A stretch of DNA of 64,000 nt from Paraspadella gotoi (Eukaryota; Animalia; Chaetognatha). The number at the start of each line of letters is the position of its first letter. Positions within the stretch are counted from its first letter, which is position 1. Below the pieces are notes generated by a model that had not been told where the DNA came from, searched no databases, and was given only the letters and a program-made list of their open reading frames with translations. The translations under genes and the position numbers were made by a program. The stretch covers positions 9,974,432 through 10,038,431 of the forward strand of contig CM119263.1 of NCBI GenBank assembly GCA_051294375.1. Reading direction: 5' to 3'. Below are positions 13,801-22,083 of this stretch, in pieces.

Positions 13801-16800
13801 TTAAATAAATAATTAATGTAGTTGACATTTACATTTGATATAAAAAGAAAAAAGCATAATCAAATAGTGAAACAGGTTCCATCGAAACGGATGAACGGAT
13901 GAACATTAGAGTGGAGCACTGGGGAACATAAATTTTATTTGAGTGAACAAACAAGAATAATTAAAGATAGTATGATTAAGGAGTACAAAAAATATTTGGC
14001 TTATATTGTTTGGGGAACAGTATCATAAATTACAATATATTTATAGTAATATCCTTATAAAATTATAAATTTTCAAAATAATTTTTTTAAAATTTTTATT
14101 AAAGATTCTGATTTTTTATAAAAAGTTAGATAAAAAAAAAATATATATATATGTTGTTAAAAATTTCAATATCTTCAGCGTCAAAAAATTCTTTACTTTT
14201 TTATGGTTTGTAATAGAAACTATTATGATAAAACGTTTTGGTCATTTTTTGCAGCTTTAACCTAAAAATATCATATAACATATTTTACAAAAGTTTTTCA
14301 GTTTTTTCCGGCGAATCCGAAATTGTTCTTAAAATTAAAAAAATATTATTTTGAAATTTTATGATTTTTTAAGGATATTACTATAAAAAAATTTTAATTA
14401 ATGATACTATTATACAAATTTTTTTGGAAAAAGGACTTAATTATTTTTTATTACATATACAAAAGCAGCAAAAAAATATCGTTCCATCGCTCAATCTTTT
14501 TATCACTCCACCCTAATGGACATACAGATCATTTTTTTTAAATAATTTTTTAAAGACAGTTTGAGTTTAGTTTTGACTGATGAAGGCTTGAAATAAAGCC
14601 GAATTATGTCAAAATAAAATCGTAGTCAAAACTAAATTCAAACTGTTGAAGAGACAGTAATTATTGATAAGTGTTAATGACAGAACCGTTCAATGTAAGC
14701 AGTCCCTGAGCTTCGGATCAGGCTGTAACGCCATGTTACAGGCGGGTTAAGCGCCCCGTCCCTCTTAACTGCCAGACAACCACCGGGCTAGAACACCGGA
14801 CCTTTGGGTTGGGAGGCGAATGACTTGCCTCCGGCACCAATGGCCACTGATGAATGGTTGGTGGATTTTAGTCCACCATACTGTCTCTAATCGTCCCAAA
14901 CAACGAAAAGAAAGGATTTATATCACAATGAATATTTTTTTAATAATTCGATGTTCTAAGATAATATAAGTTATAGAAGGCTTCATATTATAAAATGAGG
15001 TACTGTGGCAGCAAGACTTAAAGCTGCCTCACTGCTGTCCGTCCTCAGCCTCGTCTCAATGGCAGAGCAGGCTAAATCATCTCATTCCATCCGTGCGTCC
15101 CGGGTTCAATCCCTGGGTATCCCGGTTCTGGCTTAAATGTGACGGTGCCGGTATAAACATGCCAGTGACAGGAGGCGGTCACTGAGGGTCCGCAGCCCCT
15201 ATGCCAGTTGGTGAGATACCCCGCGCCCCGGGTATCACAGGCTATCCTCCCGTTGCCATAAGTGGTGAGCCCTACTCTCGAACACGCAACCGCTGCGCAC
15301 CGTGCGCCCACGCTTACGTCGCTTAGGGTATGCATATCACGCCTATGCCCTACTTCTCTGGTAACGCTCCAGACTCGCTCGCTCGCTCACCCGCTCGCTC
15401 TCACTATAGCAATGAGATCAAAACCTTCTCTCAGACATCTCCTCAGGATTGAGGCCCCTGTGGAGAAGTCTGGTGGGGGGATCCTGTGGCAGCAAGACTT
15501 AAAGCTGCCTCACTGCTGTCCGTCCTCAGCCTCGTCTCAATGGCAGAGCAGGCTAAATCATTTCATTCCATCCGTGCGTCCCGGGTTCAATCCCTGGGTA
15601 TCCCGGTTCTGGCTTAAATGTGACGGTGCCGGTATAAACATGCCAGTGACAGGAGGCGGTCACTGAGGGTCCGCAGCCCCTATGCCAGTTGGTGAGATAC
15701 CCCGCGCCCCGGGTATCACAGGCTATCCTCCCGTTGCCATAGTACCCCTTTTTATGACCAGAATCTGTCCTCACCAAACTAACCAATTATGGTGGACTAA
15801 AATCCATTGGTGCCAGAGGCAAATCATTCTCCTTCCAACCAAAAGGTCCGGGGTTCAAGCCCAGTGGTCACCTAGCAGTTTAGTAGGACGGGGCGCTTAA
15901 CCCGCCTGTAACTCGGTGTTACAGCCTGATCCGAAGCTCACTGTCTCTTCACAATCAAAATTTATAAAATTTTACATACACAGTAGGGTGAAGTGAAAGT
16001 TTGGAATCAAAATTTAACAGTTATATCTTAAAAACTATCATATTAGTGAATACTAATCTATAATTATTTTTTTTTACAAATATAATAGCCCAGTCAGCTT
16101 ATTTAGTATATAATACTACCCTTATATAATATTAAAATTTCAAAATAGTTTTTTTTAAATTCTGAGAACAGATTCCTCATAGAAAGTTGATAAAAAAAAT
16201 ATAAACCTTTTTTAAAAATTATGTCACCGAGTAGGTTAAATCTTTAAAAAACTATATTTTGAAGCTGGAAATTAAAAATCGGTATCTTAAAAATAGTTTT
16301 TTACATTTTTGATCAACTTAATGAAAAAATTTTTAAAAAAGAATTATACTTTGTTATATCAACTTTTTGCAAGAAATCCAAATCGATCTTAAAATTTAAA
16401 AATTTGCATTTTGAAATTTTAGCCTATTATATACTTATTACTATATAATAAGTATAAGTATATATATAAGTGGTGCCCACTAATGTATAAAATTAAAAAA
16501 TAAATTTACCAAAGTATTTTTATTGGTTTTTATTTTCATGCTTATATACTAAATTTTAATTTTCTAAAATTTTATCATTTTCACATCACTCTAATATACA
16601 GTGGAGATCCTCATTATTATTATTAGTAAGAAAGAAAATTCCAATGCCCGCTAAGAAATTGTTTTGCTCCCTCCGTTCAATCGCCGGTCGCAAAACGTTA
16701 CCTTATTTGGAAGTATTTTTAGAATTATTTACTTTACAAATGTAAACCAAATTTTCTCTCTCTCTTGCCGTATAAAAATGAATGCCACTTTGTACAATTA

Positions 16801-19800
16801 GCCAATTCGATTCCATTCGCTTTTCTGATTTCAATAAATCGATTCATCTCATTTTGTTCGTCATTTTTATCTCGACCACCTCCACTAAACAGTCCTAATG
16901 ACAATATAAATGCAAGTATCAAGGCGAATTTTGATATTTAACCCTTGACAGGAGATACAGGGTCCTGGGGCTGAACCCCTGGGGGCCTGAAAGGGCTAAA
17001 AAAATTTTTTTCAGATTTTAATATTTTTAGTATCATCAGGTGCATTGACGTCTTAAACATGTAAAAAAGAATTTTAGAACTAAAATTAATGAATTTTTAA
17101 TAATTAAGCATTGTTTTAACAAGCATTGTTCATCGTTTTACTTCTAATTTTCCCAAATTATTCCAAATCTGATTTGAACAGCTGATGTTCATGAAGATGA
17201 AAATTAAGGTAAACTAACATTTTTGAGGTAATAAATACGTTTTTGTAGAAAAATAAACGTCGTGCAACTGTTCAAAACAAAAATAATGGAATAATTTGAA
17301 AAAATATTTGATCATTTTTTGTCCCAATTGGTGACCCCCCAGGGGGCCCATATCTCGGCTCAGGGTTCAAATATTGAAATTCGCCTCGATAGTTCTATTT
17401 GTATTCACATAGGGATCGTTCATACCAAATTTCAATAAATTTGGTCCAATAGTTTTCTCGGAACGTGTTCTGGTAACAAAAAAGGGGTACCTTATTTTAT
17501 AATATGAAGCCTTCTGTACTTAGGGACAAGATTATAGGTGGCGACCGACAAGCAGATCCGGCTAAAAAAATATTTTAGTTTTAAAATGAAAGACTATTTT
17601 TAAGGCAACTTTTTTCCACTCATTGCAAAGTCAAATCATAACCAATCAGTAGTACATATAGTATAATTAGTATATATAAATGATTTTGTTTTTACTACAA
17701 AAAAAATCTTTCAAATTAAAAAAATCTTCAAAGGTTTACAAATGACGATTTTTTTCTAGCGGTGGGTTGTGGTGCGTCACCTTGGACGTCAGTTTTGCAT
17801 ATATCAGATACTTTTAAAAAAGTTAAGAAATTTTCTATCGAAGGATATATGGTGAGTTAACTTTCATTAATGAGTTTCTAATTCTATGTAATAGATTTTT
17901 ACTTTGTGCTATCCGTTCTGGCTCCAGGGGTATTGTCATTTAATTTTTTTAAAAATTAATAATTATGGATAGACGACAAAAAAATTCAAAAACGGGCCCG
18001 ACCCTCTACGAGTCTACCTTGATGTCTCGATAGCGAGGGACGTGGACCTCTAGAGCGACTCATCACTGGTCGGGTTGTTCCACGAGGCACAGAGGAACCC
18101 CGCCATCCGGACGTTGGTGGACGGTAAGCGGAGGGACGGCCGGTTCTTGGGCCCACAGGTCGCATTGGAGTGGCTCCCGAAAGATATCCTCCGCGCAAGG
18201 CAGGATTTTCTGTTTGATTTCTCTGACCAGCTTTCACGGATTGAATTACTTGAACCGTCTGTATTTAAATAAATTAGCATGACTTTATTCTTGTATCAAG
18301 TAATAATTTCGATGGCAAAATGAATATTGCTATTCATATTGCTCGGTTAAAAAATAATGAAATACAACCTGAACATCTTCATCAGCAGGGGCCAGACCAC
18401 TGATACTTTCTTGACCCTGTCTTCCGCCACCTCCGCGTCCGCCACCTTTGAAGCTTCGACCTCGGTAACCGCTGCCGCCTCCGCTGAGGTAATCAAAAGA
18501 ACCGCAGCCGCCACCGCCTGAACCGTGATCTTCGTTTCTCGGCTCAGCATACTTGACTTCCACCTAAGTACGTAAAAAGTATGTACAATGTACAATTGTA
18601 CATAATTAAGTTTTGCCTAATCTTGGGTTTTCATCAGTTTTCTATGCCTTATGAATTTCTAAATTATTTTATTATAATACCAAATTTGGCTATTATCTTA
18701 CGACTAAGATTCTAGGAGAACCACTGACTTGCTTGCCGCAAATAGTGACAAATCTTTGTTTGAGGCAATTCTGAGCGGACGAATAATCTTCGAACGATAT
18801 GAATCCGAATCCCCGAGATTTGTTTTGTTCATCCGTCATTACTTTAACATCAATGATGTTTCCTGAGAGAATTTGAGTCATATAGAATTTAAAGCAAAGA
18901 CTGAACACTAGAGGACGAGATAACAATAGTGAAGTGTCGAAATTTAACAGATTTTTCGTATTCCATACCGAATCCGGAAAAAGCTTTTTGAACATCATTT
19001 TCACTAGCCGACGTCGGGACACCTCCAAGGAACAACCTTCTCAATGCTGGATCGTTCTCCGGCTGGAAAAAAAAATCGTTAAAGTATAGTTATCTCGCCA
19101 GACGTTACTGTCAAAGAAAATAAATAAAAAAATCCGGAAAAAAAAGATTGATGTAATTATTGATGCGATGATACCCCGTGAGCCAAATCCAGTGACACGA
19201 AAGAAATCATTGCCTTGGTTTACTGCATCGACATAAACAACTTTTTTTATTAGATAGAGAAAAGTTTGACGTTTTTTCTGTTAAAATTTTATTTAAATTG
19301 ATCTTTATTAACAACTTTAATTTTTTTTTTTTTGGCGAAGATGTCAAAGTCGTCAAATTGATGGCTCTTTTGAAATATCTTTGAAATATTATGCCACTAT
19401 GATAGGGAAGCAAGGTACTCAGCGAGTGAATAAACGAGACAGAGAGAGTCTTGATTGAAAGCTGTCATTATCTCGTAAGAGTGATGGAGGCTTTAAACCA
19501 CCAAAGACTATCTAAAGTTAGGGGTAAGATAATTTAATTATTAAATGGATGGATAATTTTTATATTGGTAGTACAATTTCATAAAACCATTATTTATCGG
19601 CAGTTTTGTTTATTAAAATTCGATAACATTGTTAGTAGACATTGTTATAATCCTTTCTTTTCGTTGTGTTTGTATCAGGAAAGACAGATTTTTGCATTTA
19701 ACAACGATTTTTTATTGACAGTTTTAGTCGTACATGTTTTGACTCTCTTTAAGAGTTGAGAGTAAAGTAAAGAGTAAAAAGAGTCGAAACATGTACAACA

Positions 19801-21372
19801 AACTGTCAATAAGAAATTGTTGTTAAATGCAAAAATCTGTCTTTTCTGATATCATTGTTGTAATGTACCTAATTATCCCTTTCAGCAAAAAAACGACCTT
19901 CGCTTCTTCCTTTTTTCTTTATTTCTTTCTTCCTCTTTATTTTCCCATCGGCCGCAGAAATGTTTAAAATTTACCAGCGCCGAAACAATCATCAAAATTA
20001 AGAATAATCACCATATCCATAACTCATTCTAAGTTATACATAAGGGGCACGAAAGCTTATTTATTAAATAAATGGATAATTTTTATATTGGTTGTACCAA
20101 TTTTATAACATAACCCTAAAATCTACCTATAACCTTAAATTTTTTCCCGAACTTATAAACTTTTATTACTTATTACATAATTAATCAATTAGTATTAGAT
20201 AAAATAAGATAAGAATAAATGAAATTATGGTGGACTAAAATCCACCAACCATTCATCAGCGGCCATTGGTGCCGGAGGCAAGTCATTCGCCTCCCAACCC
20301 AAAGGTCCGGGCTTCTAGCCCGGTGGTCGCCTAGCAGTTAAGAGGGACGGGGCGCTTAAACCCGCCTGTAACTTGGTGTTACAGCCTGATCCAAAACTCA
20401 GGGACTGCTTATATTGAAAGGTTCTGCCACTAACACAACAATAATTACTGTCTCTTCAAAATCTTATTTAATCAAATTCATAAACTTCGCTCTTTGATTT
20501 TTAATTGGACGCTGTTACCCCATTTTCACGAAGGCCAATAGTTTTTTGAATAAAATAGTCATTACAGAAGAGACAGTAATAATTGTTATGAGTTAATGAC
20601 AGAACCATTCAATATAAGCAGTCCCTGAGCTTAGGATCAGGCTGTAACACCGCGTTACAGGCGGGTTAAGCGCCCCATCCCTCTTAACTGCGAGGCGATC
20701 ACCAGGCGAGAACCCCGGACCTTTGGGTTGGGAGTAGAATGACTTGCCTCCTGCACCAATGTCCGCTGATAAAGGTTGGTGGATTTTAGTCCACCATATT
20801 ACTTTTAATTCATTAAGCATTTACGTACTCCCTTTTGTCGAGGGTTACAAGCTTTGGGATCGATCAATTTTCCATCCACTACATGCTTGGTTACAGCAAG
20901 AACCTTCTGTACGGTATTGATGTCTGGAATGAAAAAAGGTTACCTTGGCAATGTCATTGACTGTCAAATGCATACAACTCATATTATTTTCAAAAAATAC
21001 CTTTGAACGTAACAAAACCAAAACCACGGCTTTGGCCAGTTTCTGGATGTCTCATCACACTGACATCTGTAACAGGCCCATACTAAAAACAAATTGATAA
21101 GTATTAACATTAAATATAAGTGCATACAGAATAATGGTAAAATTATTTAACGTGAAAAGGTCACGCGACAGAAAAACAACTTGACCTTACCTTTTCAAAA
21201 TACTCTTGTAAAGGGTCTTCAAAAGTGTTCCATCCGAGGCCACCCACAAATATTTTGGCCGCATCTATGACAGGTAGCGGAGTTACAAGCGACGATTAGC
21301 AAAGACAACATGCTAAAAAAATACTTGGCACGTACCCGATACTCCCGCCGCGTACTTCTGCTTGCCAGCCAT
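1..21372 (-). CDS. DAZAP1: DAZAP1/Hrb27C(hrp48)-like RNA-binding protein, two RRMs plus a long Gly/Pro/Ser/Gln/Ala low-complexity tail; 3' end lies outside the window
   Basis: Manually spliced GT-AG exons with consistent phases: 21372-21336, 21264-21191, 21082-21001, 20923-20829, 19062-18969, 18862-18729, 18563-18369, 18258-18018, 13252-13115, 12983-12910, 12102-11838, 7025-6550, 6394-6155, 2702-2583, 354-207, 93-1. RRM1: KIFVGGL, SRGFGFVTF, HVVDGKLIDPKACNPR (DAZAP1/Hrb27C-type). RRM2: RLFLGGV, KSRGFGFISF, VEVKYAEPR. The RRM exons are secure; joining of the tail exons rests on phase compatibility and composition. Confidence 0.85.
775..1486 (-). mobile_element. DINE-1/HINE-like (Helentron-associated) element, family 1, partial
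   Basis: Terminal palindrome TATCGTCGCAA...TTGCGACGATA next to an A-run; body shared with other copies. Confidence 0.75.
2111..2154 (-). ncRNA. Minimal type I hammerhead ribozyme (Penelope-like element type)
   Basis: AACG-CTGATGA-A-GGCTT-gaaatg-AAGCC-GAAAC-AT-GTC-TGTT: intact core, stem III reduced to the palindrome ACATGT. Confidence 0.8.
4011..4056 (-). ncRNA. Minimal type I hammerhead ribozyme (Penelope-like element type)
   Basis: GACG-CTGAAGA-A-GGCTT-gcatcta-AAGCC-GAAAC-AT-GTA-CGTT; a stem-II-less inverted remnant follows at 4089-4114. Confidence 0.78.
4934..6090. mobile_element. Non-autonomous TA-flanked TIR DNA transposon (Tc1/mariner/pogo-type MITE)
   Basis: Perfect 25-bp TIR GGGTAGTGCGGGGTAATTCGGAACA, TA on both sides, internal TGTTCCGTTTTACCCC subterminal repeats. 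Confidence 0.88.
6560..6965 (-). repeat. Coding 9-bp tandem repeat encoding (Ala-Ala-Gln)n, about 40 units
   Basis: GCTCAAGCT/GCTCAGGCG-type units with synonymous variation inside exon 7025-6550. Confidence 0.9.
7935..8731 (-). mobile_element. HINE-like family 1 copy
   Basis: AAAATCTTAAAAGCATAAGGATCGTC(G/A)CAA end (subTIR plus small hairpin) and shared body. Confidence 0.8.
8773..10190 (-). mobile_element. HINE-like family 1 copy expanded by an internal 18-bp purine-rich minisatellite (about 8925-9480)
   Basis: Both family ends present; about 30 units of AAAGAATAGAAAGGAAAG. Confidence 0.8.
10706..11443 (-). mobile_element. HINE-like family 1 copy
   Basis: Both subTIRs (ATCGTCGCAATCG / CGATTGCGACGAT) present. 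Confidence 0.8.
13909..14513. mobile_element. TA-flanked MITE
   Basis: TA-GAGTGGAG ... CTCCACCC-TA ends; related copies start at 7426 and about 10220, and a similar element spans 15986-16591. Confidence 0.55.
14647..14880 (-). mobile_element. Solo LTR-like element, family A (tRNA-like head plus twister-like fold at 14698-14772)
   Basis: TATGGTGGA...CTGTCTCTTCA, 4-bp TSD CTGT, inserted into a hammerhead-bearing repeat. Core on minus strand: GA-CGG-GGCGCT-TAA-CCC-GC-CTGTAAC..GTTACAG-C-CTGA-TCCGAAGC-TCAG. Confidence 0.85.
15128..15207 (+). ncRNA. Twister ribozyme, type P5 permutation (5' LTR, family B)
   Basis: CTGGC(P5)-ttaa-ATGT(P2')-GA-CGG(T1')-TGCCGGTA(P1)-TAA-ACAT(P2)-GC(T2)-CAGTGAC..GTCACTG(P3)-AGGG-TCCGCAGC-CCCT(P4/L4)-at-GCCAG(P5). 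Predicted cut between U15154 and A15155. Confidence 0.85.
15609..15688 (+). ncRNA. Twister ribozyme, type P5 (3' LTR, family B)
   Basis: Identical to 15128-15207; predicted cut between U15635 and A15636. Confidence 0.85.
15788..15951 (+). mobile_element. Solo LTR-like element, family A, internally deleted
   Basis: Same termini, TSD CAAT (15784-15787 / 15952-15955), B-box GGTTCAAGCCC. Confidence 0.85.
16885..17517. repeat. Fold-back dispersed repeat whose end (TACAGAAGGCTTCATATTATAAAA) recurs at 14972, 29121 and 35802
   Basis: Internal inverted arms about 16915-16975 / 17335-17395; provides the empty site for the 15004 insertion. Confidence 0.6.
19648..19852. mobile_element. Palindromic Penelope-like relic (hammerhead core deleted)
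   Basis: AATCCTTTCTTTTCGTTGTGTT followed by inverted arms carrying GAGTCGAAACATGTAC. Confidence 0.6.
20226..20458 (+). mobile_element. Solo LTR-like element, family A
   Basis: TSD AAAT (20222-20225 / 20459-20462); tRNA-like segment GCGGCCA...TGGTCGC; L4 loop mutated to TCCAAAAC. Confidence 0.85.
20566..20798 (-). mobile_element. Solo LTR-like element, family A
   Basis: TSD TTAC (20562-20565 / 20799-20802); lies inverted relative to the 20226 copy. Confidence 0.85.
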
Positions 21373-22083
21373 GTGCAACTTATGCAGGGCCGGTTTCCCT
21401 GGATTTCGACTTAGTCGCGATTTCGGCCTCATAAATTTAGTTCATCGGATTTCGATTCTCGAAAAAAGTTTATCTGTTGCTTGTTTTTACCAAAGACTAA
21501 AAAAAGGAGCACTAAAATATAGGCAAACAAAAAAGCGCATGACTGCACGAGCTTCATTTATAAAAAATGAGAGAGGATTTTTTTCGTAAATAAACTCATC
21601 CCGGGTCAATTGCCTCGTATTGTGGTCTTTTTACGCAAAACTACAAGGTGCTGGGCAATTAAAAATTTTCCTAGCAGAGGAAATTTGTAGGGAGGCGAAA
21701 CACGCTGGCATCGCATCACCGACATCGTGGATCGCCTTGTTCTTCTCGGACGTTTGTTGTTCGATGGTTCTTCTGTTCTATCCCAGTTTTCGTCGAGAAG
21801 GAGGCCAAGCAGAGGCGATGCCTGAGCCGTGACTCACATTGGAGCTTAACCCGACGTCGACTAACCAATCTAACAATCACTCGTTTTTTTGTGGCATCTT
21901 CCCTACAATATCTAAACAAATTTTTCACTCGTCGCATAATTTGTTCGTTCGTATTCAAAATTTCACTATTGTTGCAACTTCCGTGATCAAATTTTACCTT
22001 TCTTTGCCATTAGGTTCTTGACTTGGAAACGATTCCAACTTTCCTCGCTCAGATTGATTCGAAAAGGGAAACAATTGTTTAAT

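Larger units (their letters stand above)
15004..15741 (+). mobile_element. Complete miniature non-autonomous LTR retroelement (TRIM/retrozyme-like), family B
   Basis: 257-bp LTRs 15004-15260 and 15485-15741 (one difference seen), termini TGTGGCAGC...GTTGCCATA, PBS-like TGGTGAGCCCT at 15263, purine-rich tract before the 3' LTR, TSD GTAC (15000-15003 / 15742-15745), no coding capacity. Confidence 0.92.

Noticed and set aside
14571-14615. Active hammerhead at CTGATGAAGGCTT...GCCGAATTATGTC
   Set aside because: GAAA changed to GAAT, stem III and stem I disrupted; treated as a relic.
15072-15900. ORFs within the LTR elements (also 39569-40206 and 44645-45587)
   Set aside because: No gag, RT or integrase motifs; they reflect locally higher GC content.
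20258-20331. Functional tRNA-Gly gene
   Set aside because: Anticodon stem and D-arm do not pair properly, copies vary, and the sequence is embedded in a TSD-flanked repeat.
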